64,000 nt of DNA from Candidatus Aenigmatarchaeota archaeon (GCA_963726265.1 CAVSBQ010000002.1:480001-544000), one strand, 5' to 3'. Shown: positions 32,177 through 41,743, numbered from the stretch's first letter. Translations and numbers: made by a program. The notes: generated from the sequence alone by a model not told the origin.

Positions 32177-33819
32177 ATTTTTTTCTCTCTGAAGAAATGG
32201 TCTATTTTCTGGACGAACCTGTCCCCTGAGACGTATTCGGGTATGATGACGACATCGGCGCCGGCCTTGTATATCCTCTCCGCCTCAACCCTGTCCGGTG
32301 CCCTTGCGAAAATCCTTATCTTCGGGTTCGCGCGCCTGGCCTTCTTGACCACGAACGACGTTACGTCGGGGTAGGGTATGGTCAGAATGAGCAGCTTGGC
32401 CTTGTCGAGGAAAATCTTGCCCATCATTTCCTCGTTCTCCGCGTCCCCGTACAAAACATACATGCCCCTGCCCTTCAGGTTTTTCACTATCGCCGGGTCC
32501 CTTTCCACGACGACGAATTTCTCCCTCCTGCCCTTGAGGTAGTATATTATTTTCTCGCCCATGGTGTGCGCCCCGAAAAGGACCGTGTGGTTTTTGATGG
32601 CTTCGGGCGGATTTTCCATGTCACGGATGTTTTTGGGATGGATGAGATGCGACATCGGGATTTTGAAGCGCGAAAAGAAATTATAGAATATGTTTTTCGC
32701 CGCAATCATGTAGGGCGTGGTGACGATGGAGATGACGACCAGGCTCACCAGAAGCGAGTAGAACTCCCGCGTTATGCTGCCGACTCTAATCAGTTCTGCC
32801 GCTATTATGAACACGAATTCGCTGGTCTGGCCGAGGCCGAGGCCTATGTATGCGGCCGTTCTTCCTCCGTAGCCGAGCAGGAGATACGTCGCCGCAAGTA
32901 TCGCCGGCTTGAGGAACATCAGCATGAGCAGAATGGTTATGAAAAACGGGAGCGAATTGCCTATGGCAATGAAGCTGAATTGCATGCCCATGCTCGAGAA
33001 AAACAATATGGAAAAGAAGTCTCGAAGGGAATGGACTTCGCCCTCTATCTCGAGGTTATAGGGGAAATTCGCCATCGAAATGCCGGCTATGAAGCCGCCT
33101 ATGGCAATCGAGAAGCCAAGCACGTAGGAAACGCCGATGAAAAAGAAGCAGTTGGCCACGGCAGTCAGGAAAAGTATCTCATGCCCCCGTGCGGCGTAGT
33201 CCATGAGCCTGGGGAACAGGAATTTGTTCACGAGTATTGCGACCGCGAAAAGACCCAGGCCCTTGAGCGCGAAGAAGGCGAACATCTCTAAGGATATCAC
33301 GGGCAGGGAAAGGTAAAGGCTCAGCATGGGCAGCACGATAACGGCCACGATGTCCTGCAGGATGAGCACGCCGACCATTATCCTGCCGTGGAGCGTGCCG
33401 AGCTCGTCCTTGTCCGCGAGGACCTTGGCCACTATCATGGTGCTCGATATGGCCATCATGAGGCCGACGTAAACCCCCATCATGCCTGGCATGCCGAATG
33501 CGGTCGCGGCAAGAAAGCCTGCGGCGAATGTCAGCACCATCTGGACGGTCCCGCCGACAAGCGTAGCGAAGCCCACATCCTCGATGCGCCTGAAATCGAG
33601 CTCGAGACCGACGGAGAAAAGCAGGAATATTATGCCGAGTTCGGACAGGATGCTTATTTCCTCCGTGTTGGTTATCAAGCCCAGGCCGGCAGGGCCGACT
33701 ATAAGGCCGGCGACGACATATGCAAGTATCACCGGCTGCCTGAGGAAACGAGCGGCGTATGCCAGCACGGCCGAAACGAGGATTATCACGCCGACGTCGA
33801 ACAGGAGGGGCAGTGCCAT
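32173..33819 (-). CDS. Kef-type K+/H+ antiporter (CPA2 plus TrkA-N domain)
   Basis: SELGIIFLLFSVGLE, LILQD, RDFF, C-terminal YGDA RCK domain. Confidence 0.92.
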   Translation of the reverse strand: MALPLLFDVGVIILVSAVLAYAARFLRQPVILAYVVAGLIVGPAGLGLITNTEEISILSELGIIFLLFSVGLELDFRRIEDVGFATLVGGTVQMVLTFAAGFLAATAFGMPGMMGVYVGLMMAISSTMIVAKVLADKDELGTLHGRIMVGVLILQDIVAVIVLPMLSLYLSLPVISLEMFAFFALKGLGLFAVAILVNKFLFPRLMDYAARGHEILFLTAVANCFFFIGVSYVLGFSIAIGGFIAGISMANFPYNLEIEGEVHSLRDFFSILFFSSMGMQFSFIAIGNSLPFFITILLMLMFLKPAILAATYLLLGYGGRTAAYIGLGLGQTSEFVFIIAAELIRVGSITREFYSLLVSLVVISIVTTPYMIAAKNIFYNFFSRFKIPMSHLIHPKNIRDMENPPEAIKNHTVLFGAHTMGEKIIYYLKGRREKFVVVERDPAIVKNLKGRGMYVLYGDAENEEMMGKIFLDKAKLLILTIPYPDVTSFVVKKARRANPKIRIFARAPDRVEAERIYKAGADVVIIPEYVSGDRFVQKIDHFFREKKI

Positions 33820-33860
33820 ATTATAATCTTAAACTGCAACATAATAAAAAACGGTATCTT

Positions 33861-34934
33861 ATGGGAAGGGAAGAAGATATAAAGAAAATCGAAGAGGAGA
33901 TACACAAGACCAAATACAACAAGGCGACGCAATACCATTTCGGCCAGCTCAAGGCGAAGCTCGCGCGGCTCAACGAGGAAGCGGAGTCCGGCGGCAAAGC
34001 CGGGGCAGGCGGCAAGGTTTTCTCGGTCAAAAAATCAGGCGACGCGACCGTTTTACTGGTCGGCTTCCCTTCCGTGGGAAAATCGACGCTTCTCAACAGG
34101 ATAACTTCCGCCGAATCCAAGGTGGGCGATTACGACTTCACGACGCTCGACGTCATCCCGGGCATGATGGAATACAACTCCGCCCACATACAAGTGCTCG
34201 ACATCCCGGGAATAGTCTCTGGCGCTTCCGCCGGCCGAGGCCGCGGAAAGAAGATCTTATCCGTGATCAGGAATGCGGACCTCATTGTCATCATGATAGA
34301 CAAGCCGGAGCAGCTTCCGGTGATCCAGAGCGAGATGCACGACGCCGGCTTCAGACTGAACAGCAGGAAACCCGAAGTCGTGATAAGGAAGACGGAGAGG
34401 GGCGGCATAAAGGTCGCCGGCGTGAGGCTGAGGCACGTGGACGAGAAAATGGTCAAGGTGGTCATGAACGAGCGCGGCATCCACAACGCCGACGTAATCA
34501 TCCGGGAAGACGTAACCCTCGACAGGCTCATAGACGCGACTTCCGGCAACCGCTCGTATGTCAAGGCGCTCGTGATTTACTCCAAGTCCGACCTGCTGAA
34601 CGAAGAAAGAAGGAAGTCGCTTCCGAAAGACTTCATGAAGGTGTCCGCGCTCAGGGGCGAGGGCATAGAGGAACTGAAGAAGGCGATATGGAGCAGGCTC
34701 GACCTCATGCGCGTTTACATGAAGAGGCTCGGCAAGCCGCCTGACATGGAGAAGCCGCTGATAGTCAGGAAGCCTTCGAGCGTCTACGACGTCGCCGAAA
34801 GGATACACAAGGAATTCGCAAGGAACCTTGACCATGCCAGGATATGGGGGCCTTCGGCGAAATTCGAGGGCCAGAAGGTCGGGATAAAGCACATTCTCAA
34901 GGACTGCGACGTCGTCGAGCTGCATATGACATAA
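33861..34934 (+). CDS. DRG-family OBG GTPase with TGS domain
   Basis: GFPSVGKSTLL, YDFTTL, DIPG, ARIWGPSAKF. Confidence 0.95.
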   Translation: MGREEDIKKIEEEIHKTKYNKATQYHFGQLKAKLARLNEEAESGGKAGAGGKVFSVKKSGDATVLLVGFPSVGKSTLLNRITSAESKVGDYDFTTLDVIPGMMEYNSAHIQVLDIPGIVSGASAGRGRGKKILSVIRNADLIVIMIDKPEQLPVIQSEMHDAGFRLNSRKPEVVIRKTERGGIKVAGVRLRHVDEKMVKVVMNERGIHNADVIIREDVTLDRLIDATSGNRSYVKALVIYSKSDLLNEERRKSLPKDFMKVSALRGEGIEELKKAIWSRLDLMRVYMKRLGKPPDMEKPLIVRKPSSVYDVAERIHKEFARNLDHARIWGPSAKFEGQKVGIKHILKDCDVVELHMT

Positions 34935-34986
34935 AACACGAAGCGTGAAGCCAAATTAATTTAAGTTCCAAGGTGGAATAAGAAGC

Positions 34987-35106
34987 ATGGCCAAATTCCG
35001 CTGTCTTCAGTGCAGGTGGGAAGGCAAGCCCATCATAATGGAGCCTGTCACAAAAGTTTGTCCGAAGTGCGGTTCTGTAAGGCTGGAAAAGCTGAAAAAG
35101 GAATAA
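34987..35106 (+). CDS. 39-aa zinc-ribbon microprotein
   Basis: MAKFRCLQCRWEGKPIIMEPVTKVCPKCGSVRLEKLKKE (CxxC...CPxCG); below the ORF-track cutoff. Confidence 0.75.
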   Translation: MAKFRCLQCRWEGKPIIMEPVTKVCPKCGSVRLEKLKKE

Positions 35107-35174
35107 TTTCTGGAAAACCGTTAACTATTTTAGTCATTAATCCAACTACATGACTAAAAACTTCCGGTCAGTTC

Positions 35175-35342
35175 ATGGAAAGTAAAAACTGCATGGAGTG
35201 CGACAGGAGCCACAACTCTGCCGCGCTTGTTGTCTGCAAAAAAACGAAAAAGCCTGTTTGCAGGGACTGCTGCACGAGGGCGAACGGCGGCTTCAGAAAC
35301 TGCGTTGACTGGAACTTCTGCTGGACCAGCTTTTACATCTGA
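35175..35342 (+). CDS. 55-aa Cys-rich microprotein
   Basis: MESKNCMECDRSHNSAALVVCKKTKKPVCRDCCTRANGGFRNCVDWNFCWTSFYI, 8 Cys. Confidence 0.6.
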   Translation: MESKNCMECDRSHNSAALVVCKKTKKPVCRDCCTRANGGFRNCVDWNFCWTSFYI

Positions 35343-36646
35343 GGGCGACGCTTTCTTTTGCCCGGCTTGTGAGTTTTATCGTGCCTTTCCTTCTCTGCCT
35401 TCTCCATGCCCCTGAGCGCGTAATTGAGCGGATTTTTCAGGCCCTTGCATTTCTCGTCCGGCTTGCATGCGCCGAAGGCCTTATACCATCCCTCGCCGCT
35501 GCAGTTCGGCGGCAGGACCTCCTTGTTTCTCGTCCTGTGCCACCTGACATGCGAACGGATGTAGCTTTCCGGCAGCGGCGGCTTGTTCTTGGCGTTCCAC
35601 TCGATGATGAACTTCTCGATGTCGTCCCAGCTCCATTTGGAGGAGCGCAGGAAGTTTAGCAGGATGAAAAGCGAGCGCTTCCTGCCGTCCGAAAGGCCAC
35701 CCAAGATGTTTTTCACGCACGGTGGGAAGCGTTCCAGAGGGACGGGCCTCGTTATCTGCAATCCTCTTCCGACGCGCTTCTCTTCCTTCTTCTTCATCCT
35801 CGCATGCCAGTCCAGCGCCTCGGCTATCAGCAGTTCGGCCTCGTTTTTCTCACCGTTGCCGAGGAAATGCGCATCGACCTTGACGTTTTCCGCCTTGGCC
35901 TGCATCCTTTCGAAGGCGTCGAGCCTTTCCGGCTTGAGCGGCAGGGAAACCAGAAACGTTTTTCCGTTCAGCGAGTAAGGCATGCGGAAAAGGTGCCTGG
36001 GCGATATGAGCACCGGGTCGACGTCCAGAATCTCGTATACGTTAAGCCCGTCGTCGGTGAGGATTTTGCCGAGCGGCTTGTTGACCTGGTGCGAAAGCTC
36101 CTCGGCCGAATATTTTTTGAACAGGTTTTTTTCCAGGCGCTCGAAGACGAAGTCCTTGAGATACATGACTATTTTCCTGGCGAGCTCGGGATAGAGGGAA
36201 ACGGACGGCTTGTAGTCTATGGTCTTGGGTATCGCTTCCCACGGGACGCCTAGATGGAAGCCGGTCCCGCCCGTGAATTTTATGGACACCCCGCGTATGT
36301 CGTGCTTTTTCAGGCCCCAGATGAACGCTTCGCTAGCGATTTTGCCGTGCTCGAAGAGCTTGCAGTCTATGTCCATTATAATATCCCAGCCCGTCCGCAG
36401 TTGCTCGTAGTTGTCCTGGCGCAGGCTCATGGGCTGCGACCAGCGCTCCAGCGACGAATGGAACTCGACTACGCCCGTCTTGACCATCGCGCTTATGTCG
36501 TTAGGATACAGCACGATGTTCGGCCGCTGCGAGAAACTTCCGCTGCGAAAGACGCCGACTACTTCCCTGTCCTTGCCGAAGTTGAGCAGGAAGTTCTGCA
36601 CGTCCTCGCGCGAGTAGTATTCGTATACTCTCCTCAGGTCCATCAT
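35333..36646 (-). CDS. priSL: DNA primase, fused PriS-PriL (DPANN type)
   Basis: AEP motifs WDIIMDID and KFTGGTGFHL; C-terminal FPPC...PPNC..C..C..KNPL Fe-S domain. Confidence 0.9.
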   Translation of the reverse strand: MMDLRRVYEYYSREDVQNFLLNFGKDREVVGVFRSGSFSQRPNIVLYPNDISAMVKTGVVEFHSSLERWSQPMSLRQDNYEQLRTGWDIIMDIDCKLFEHGKIASEAFIWGLKKHDIRGVSIKFTGGTGFHLGVPWEAIPKTIDYKPSVSLYPELARKIVMYLKDFVFERLEKNLFKKYSAEELSHQVNKPLGKILTDDGLNVYEILDVDPVLISPRHLFRMPYSLNGKTFLVSLPLKPERLDAFERMQAKAENVKVDAHFLGNGEKNEAELLIAEALDWHARMKKKEEKRVGRGLQITRPVPLERFPPCVKNILGGLSDGRKRSLFILLNFLRSSKWSWDDIEKFIIEWNAKNKPPLPESYIRSHVRWHRTRNKEVLPPNCSGEGWYKAFGACKPDEKCKGLKNPLNYALRGMEKAEKERHDKTHKPGKRKRRPQM

Positions 36647-36682
36647 AGGTATAGATTAATGGCAGGGATTAAATTATTTAAC

Positions 36683-37537
36683 ATGAAAGTCGTCTTTTCG
36701 CCCGAGTGCCTCGGCTACGACGCGCCAGGCCACCCGGAATCGAGCGAGCGCGTGCGCAGGACGCATTCGCTTCTCGCCAACTTCAGGGAGTTCGAGTTCG
36801 TCAAACCGGAGCCGTGCACGAGGCAGGACCTGCTTCTCATCCACTCTGCCAAAATGATAGACGAGATAAAGCACGACAGGTTTTTCAATCCGGAAACCCC
36901 GGCTCTCCCGGACATTTACGACTACGCGAAGCTCTCCGTTGGCGGCGCGCTGCTCGCCATAGACTTCGCGTTAAAAGGGGAGAAAGCATTCTCGTTGCTT
37001 CGGCCGCCCGGCCATCATGCAGGCAAGGCGAATTTCGAGGGCTTCTGCTACTTCAACAACGTCGCCATCGCCGTCGCGAAGGCGCTGAAAACGAAAAAAG
37101 TTAAGAGGGTCGCGATAATCGACGTCGACGTCCACCACTGCAACGGCACGCAGGCCATATTCCTCGGTAGGAAAGACGTGCTCGTCGCCTCGCTCCACCA
37201 GTTCGGGCCGTTTTTTTATCCGGGCACGGGCAAGCATTCTGAAAAGAACTGCCTGAACTTCCCGCTCGACAGCGGCACAGAGGAACCGTTATATCTCCAG
37301 AAACTCGAGGTCGCGCTCGAAGCAGTCGAGGCTTTCAAACCCGACCTCGTCGCTGTTTCAGCGGGCTTCGATACGCTCGACGGCGATCCGATAGCGAGCC
37401 TCAAGCTACAGGTCAGCACGTATTCCAAAATCTCGAAGCTGATCGTCGAACTGAAGAGACCTAGCTTCGCCGTCCTCGAGGGCGGCTACAGCCAGAAGCT
37501 GCCGGAATGCGTTTACGCCTTCCTGAAAAACTTTTAA
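36683..37537 (+). CDS. Histone deacetylase-family amidohydrolase
   Basis: HPES, RPPGHHA, GFCYFNN, DVDVHHCNGT, SAGFD, LEGGY. Confidence 0.95.
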   Translation: MKVVFSPECLGYDAPGHPESSERVRRTHSLLANFREFEFVKPEPCTRQDLLLIHSAKMIDEIKHDRFFNPETPALPDIYDYAKLSVGGALLAIDFALKGEKAFSLLRPPGHHAGKANFEGFCYFNNVAIAVAKALKTKKVKRVAIIDVDVHHCNGTQAIFLGRKDVLVASLHQFGPFFYPGTGKHSEKNCLNFPLDSGTEEPLYLQKLEVALEAVEAFKPDLVAVSAGFDTLDGDPIASLKLQVSTYSKISKLIVELKRPSFAVLEGGYSQKLPECVYAFLKNF

Positions 37538-37540
37538 ACT
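37524..37540 (+). promoter_or_regulatory. Putative BRE/TATA for the thr leader-thrS transcript (leaderless start)
   Basis: gaaaaacTTTTAAAC, with the TATA starting about 28 nt before the ATG at 37561. Confidence 0.55.
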
Positions 37541-37560
37541 TTCCGGCACAATTAACTTTC

Positions 37561-37626
37561 ATGAACTCCGGCAAGACCAAGAACGCTGACACAACAACCA
37601 CAACGACGACCACTACGACGTGTTAG
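37561..37626 (+). CDS. Threonine-rich leader peptide MNSGKTKNADTTTTTTTTTTC
   Basis: Ten consecutive Thr codons using all four synonyms, 117 nt upstream of thrS. Confidence 0.85.
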   Translation: MNSGKTKNADTTTTTTTTTTC

Positions 37627-37674
37627 TCCATGGTCCCGGCCGGACTGCTTCTTTCGGTTCTCGGCCAGCCTGGA
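37608..37674 (+). promoter_or_regulatory. Attenuator-like alternative hairpins
   Basis: 1 GACCACUA, 2 UAGUCCAUGGUC, 3 GGCCGGACUG, 4 CGGUUCUCGGCC; 2:3 pairing excludes 1:2 and 3:4. Confidence 0.65.
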
Positions 37675-37743
37675 GTTTAGGGCTTAGTTTGGATTGAAGT
37701 TAATTAATAACGGCGACAAAAAATAAAGGTAGGGTGATGGCGG

Positions 37744-39639
37744 ATGAAGATACTGTTGCTGCACTCGGATTTCATAGAATGGGAGCCGAAGGAGAAAGCG
37801 CTTTGAAAAGCGCTGCTGACATTGAGAAAAAAGTCAGCAACGTGAAAGAGGTTCTGGTCGTGTTCTCGGCGGTCGAAAAGACGGACGAAGGCAAGGAGAA
37901 GGTGATAATCGAGAAAACGACGGACGAAATACTCAAGGTCATGAAGGACGTGAAGGCGGAGAACGTCGTGATTTATCCCTACGTCCACCTCACAAGGAAC
38001 CCGTCATCGCCTTCTACTGCGATTGCAATCCTCGAAGGCGTCGAGAAGCATCTCAAAGGCAGCGGCGTGAATGTCTACCGCGCGCCTTTCGGCTATTACA
38101 AGAGGTTCACGATATCCGTGAAAGGCCATCCGCTTTCCGAGCTTTCCAGGGAAATCGTTGCGGAAGGCGAGGCGAAAACCGAAATTTCCAAGGCCGTGGA
38201 AAAGGAGAAGACGCTCGTATCCGAATGGTTCGTGATGGATCTCGAAGGGAAGCTGCACAAGCTGCATATCGAGGATGGCAATGTCCACGGCTTTGATTTT
38301 TCGAAACACAAAAACCTGGAGAAATTCGCCCATTACGAGATGGCGAAGTCGAGAATCGCTGACAAAGAGCCGCCGCATGTGAGGCTTATGCGAAAACTGG
38401 AACTGGTCGATTACGAGAGCGGCAGCGACCCGGGCAACCTGCGCTTCCTTCCCAAGGGAAGGCTGATCAAAGGCCTGCTCGAGGATTACGTGACGAGGAA
38501 AACGGTCGAATACGGTGCCATGGAAGTCGAGACTCCGATAATGTATGACTACGAGCATCCTGTGCTTAAGGACTATCTGAACCGCTTCCCGGCGAGGCAG
38601 TACACCATCGAGACGCCGAACAAACGCGTGTTCCTGCGCTTCGCCGCATGCTTCGGCCAGTTCCTCATGGCGAAGGACGCGAACATTTCCTACCGCAACC
38701 TGCCTCTGCGCATGTATGAACTCACGCGCTATTCGTTCCGCGTGGAGCAGCGGGGCGAGCTCGCAGGGCTTCGCAGGCTTCGCGCGTTCACCATGCCCGA
38801 TTGCCACGCCATGTGCAAAGACATCGAACAGGCGAAGGAAGAGATGCTGACGCGCCTGGACCTGGCGAAGGACGTGTTAACCGGCGTAGGAGTGCCGCTG
38901 GACGAGAACCTGGAAGGCGCGCTCAGGGTCGTGAAGGACTTCTATGACGACAACAAGGATTTCCTGCACAGGCTCGTGAAGAAAATCGGCAAACCCGTCC
39001 TTCTCGAAATGTGGAGCAAGCAGTTCTTCTATTTCGTGCTGAAATACGACCTGAACTTCGTGGACGCGCTGGACAAGGCCGCTGCCCTTACGACTGACCA
39101 GATAGACGTTGAGAACGCGAAGCGCTATGGCATAACTTACATGGACAGCGACAACAAGAAGAAGAACCCGATCATCCTGCATCTTTCGCCTTCGGGCGCG
39201 ATAGAACGCGTCATGTATGCGCTGCTCGAGAAGGCGGACATGGAGGCGAAGGCGGGCAGGAATCCCATGCTCCCGTTATGGCTCTGCCCCACGCAGGCGA
39301 GATTCATCCCGGTCTCGGACAAGTTCCTGAAGCAGACCGAGAAGCTCGCCGATGAAGTCGCCAGCGAAGGCATACGCGCCGACGTAGACGATCGCAGCGA
39401 GAGCGTGCAGAAAAAGGTCCGCGACGCAGAGGTCGAATGGGTTCCTTACTCAGTCGTTATCGGCGAAAGGGAGCTTGAGCGAAGGGAAGCTCGCGGTCAG
39501 GTCAAGGGAAACAGGCAAGGTCGAGACGATGTCTCATGAGGCGTTCGTCAAGATGCTGAAGAAGCAAACCAGCGGAATGCCCTTCAAGCAGCTGCCGCTT
39601 CCGAAACTCCTGACCAAGAGGCCGATATTCATAGGTTAG
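37744..39639 (+). CDS. thrS: Threonine--tRNA ligase, archaeal type; apparent frameshifts near 37802 and 39478
   Basis: True start [13 protein letters not shown], editing domain YPYVHL and [34 protein letters not shown]-terminus [18 protein letters not shown] in another frame. Confidence 0.95.
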
Positions 39640-39709
39640 CCGCCTTCGGCTTTCGCAAAGTTTTAATAGCGAGCTGCGAACAATTATAATCCAAGCCAGA
39701 TGTGATTTC

Positions 39710-40375
39710 ATGAACATAATACTGCTCGGCCCTCCGGGCATCGGAAAAGGAACGCAGGCGGACGTGCTGGCAGCGAGGCTGCATCTCACGAAGATATGCA
39801 CGGGCGACATGATGCGCGCGGAAGCGGCGAAAGGCACGCCGCTGGGCAGGAAGGTGAAGGGGTACATGGACCGCGGCGAGCTCGTGCCTGACATCATCAC
39901 AATAGAAATCGTCAGGAAAAGGCTGGCCAGGCCCGACTGCAGAAAAGGCTTCATTTTCGACGGCTTCCCGAGGACGCTTGCGCAGGCAAAAGGCCTGGAA
40001 AAGGCGGCCAGGATCGACATGGTCCTGAATTTCAAGGCCCCGCGCAGGGAAATCATGGAGCGCATAACAGGACGCCTCACGTGCAGATTCTGCGGCGAGA
40101 TATACCATAAAAAATTCGCCAGGCCGAAGAAGAACGGCGCCTGCGACAAATGCAGCGGCAAGCTTTACCAGCGCGAGGACCAGAAGGAAGAGGTCGTCAG
40201 GACAAGGCTTCTGGTCTACGAGAAGCAGACCAGGCCGCTCATCGCCTATTACAGAAAGAAGCGCCTTCTGTTCGACATCGACGCGAAAGGCAGGAAGGAA
40301 GATGTCGCGAAAAGGACGTGGAAGGTAATTGATGCTTTCATCAAAACCCCTGGCAGACAGGGAAAGAGGAAGTGA
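39710..40375 (+). CDS. adk: Adenylate kinase, bacterial-type with Zn lid
   Basis: GPPGIGKGTQA, DGFPRT, CRFC..CDKC, YQRED. Confidence 0.95.
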   Translation: MNIILLGPPGIGKGTQADVLAARLHLTKICTGDMMRAEAAKGTPLGRKVKGYMDRGELVPDIITIEIVRKRLARPDCRKGFIFDGFPRTLAQAKGLEKAARIDMVLNFKAPRREIMERITGRLTCRFCGEIYHKKFARPKKNGACDKCSGKLYQREDQKEEVVRTRLLVYEKQTRPLIAYYRKKRLLFDIDAKGRKEDVAKRTWKVIDAFIKTPGRQGKRK

Positions 40376-40379
40376 TGCT

Positions 40380-40814
40380 ATGGAGAGAACGCTGGTCCTG
40401 ATAAAGCCTGACGGAGTCGAGCGCAACCTCATAGGCGAGATAATAAAGAGGTTCGAGGAAGGCGGCCTCAATGTCAAAAATATCAGGATGGCCACGCCAA
40501 CGAAGGATTTCGTGAAAACCCATTACGCCATGCATAGGGACAAACCCTTCTTCAGCCTGCTCATAAAATACCTGGCCGGCAGACCAGTCGTCGCGATGGT
40601 TCTCGAAGGCAAGGACGCCGTTGTCAGAGTGAGGCAAATCACCGGCGCGACCGACCCCAGCAAGGCTGAGAAGGGCACGATACGCGGCGACCTGGGCAAC
40701 GACTCGCGCGAGAAGGCTGACAGGGAGCACCGCTCGATCTACAACCTCATCCATGCTTCAGGAACGAAAGACGAAGCAGACGTCGAACTTAAGCTCTGGT
40801 TCGGGATGGTTTGA
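40380..40814 (+). CDS. ndk: Nucleoside diphosphate kinase
   Basis: ERTLVLIKPDG, GATDP, GTIRGD, NLIHAS, LWF. Confidence 0.97.
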   Translation: MERTLVLIKPDGVERNLIGEIIKRFEEGGLNVKNIRMATPTKDFVKTHYAMHRDKPFFSLLIKYLAGRPVVAMVLEGKDAVVRVRQITGATDPSKAEKGTIRGDLGNDSREKADREHRSIYNLIHASGTKDEADVELKLWFGMV

Positions 40815-40822
40815 AGCTAATT

Positions 40823-40879
40823 TTTGTAAATATGTTTACAAATAAAGCTTATAAATAGACATTTGTAAATATATTTACA
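40823..40879 (+). promoter_or_regulatory. Promoter with two TGTAAA-N4-TTTACA palindromic operators
   Basis: tttgtaaatatgtttacaaa (40823-40842), TATA ttataaat, tgtaaatatatttaca (40864-40879). Confidence 0.7.
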
Positions 40880-41247
40880 TGAGACAGGACGAAATAATAA
40901 AGGAACTGATATCGCAGAATATAGCTTCTGGCATAGATAACGAAAAACTCAAAAGGTATAACGCAGCGGCATCTTCATTTTTCAAGGCGATAACCGGCAT
41001 ATGCGACATAATCATTTTCAAGAGAACTGGCCGCATTCCGGATAATCACACGGAAAGGTTTGACGCCCTCATGAAGGAATGGAAGGACATTTACGAAATC
41101 ATGAGGAACTTGTTTAGGACATACAGGGACTCGTACACAAGGTTCATTTCGGCCGAAGAGGTGAAGAGGATCAAAAATGGTATCAAAAGAATTGCCAAGC
41201 TTGGCGGAGTTGAGAAAGAGTTTGCTGAAAGTGTTCAGAAACTATGA
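40879..41247 (+). CDS. HEPN-like protein
   Basis: Helical 122 aa, FFKA..., GRIPDNHTERF, YRDSY; overlaps an MNT gene. Confidence 0.55.
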   Translation: MRQDEIIKELISQNIASGIDNEKLKRYNAAASSFFKAITGICDIIIFKRTGRIPDNHTERFDALMKEWKDIYEIMRNLFRTYRDSYTRFISAEEVKRIKNGIKRIAKLGGVEKEFAESVQKL

Positions 41248-41740
41248 GAAGTTTCTGTGGGACATAGTTATTTTTGGCTCTTACACCAAAGATAAGGACA
41301 AGCCAAATGACATAGATGTCGCAGCAGTTTTAAAGGATGGAAACCTGGAAATAGTGGAGAAAATATCCTCAGAAATTGATAAAATAACAGACAAAATCCA
41401 TTATAGCTGGATTTTTCTGAAGGAAATCGATAAAAACCCCTTATGGATGACCCTCATGGTCGAGGGCTTTTCTGTAAAAAGCGGTAAAAAAATCTCAGAC
41501 ATGTTCGGTTACAGGGCCGGCGTGATATTTTCATACAGCCTCGCCAAACTCGACAACAAATCCAAGTTTTCTCATGCGCTTTTCGGAAGGAACGGCAGCG
41601 AAGGCAAGATAAACGAAGTATCTGGAGAAGCGATTGCCAGAGGCGTTGTTTTTGTCCCGATTGAAAAATCGGACTCTTTCAGGGACTTCCTCAATTACTG
41701 GAAAGTGGATTACAGAATTCATAAAGTAATCGTGGTTTAG
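41177..41740 (+). CDS. Minimal nucleotidyltransferase (MNT) with C-terminal extension
   Basis: IVIFGSYTKDKDKPNDIDVAAV (GS..DxD). Confidence 0.85.
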   Translation: MVSKELPSLAELRKSLLKVFRNYEKFLWDIVIFGSYTKDKDKPNDIDVAAVLKDGNLEIVEKISSEIDKITDKIHYSWIFLKEIDKNPLWMTLMVEGFSVKSGKKISDMFGYRAGVIFSYSLAKLDNKSKFSHALFGRNGSEGKINEVSGEAIARGVVFVPIEKSDSFRDFLNYWKVDYRIHKVIVV

Positions 41741-41743
41741 GTC

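Noticed and set aside
37591..37620. ACN run as a simple microsatellite or CRISPR remnant
   Set aside because: The third position varies over all four bases while the frame is kept, and there is no repeat-spacer structure.
37795..37812. CTT TGA in thrS as a prfB-like programmed frameshift
   Set aside because: prfB shifts +1, but restoring thrS needs -1/+2. There is no slippery heptamer, and similar indels occur throughout the window. Worth a read check only.
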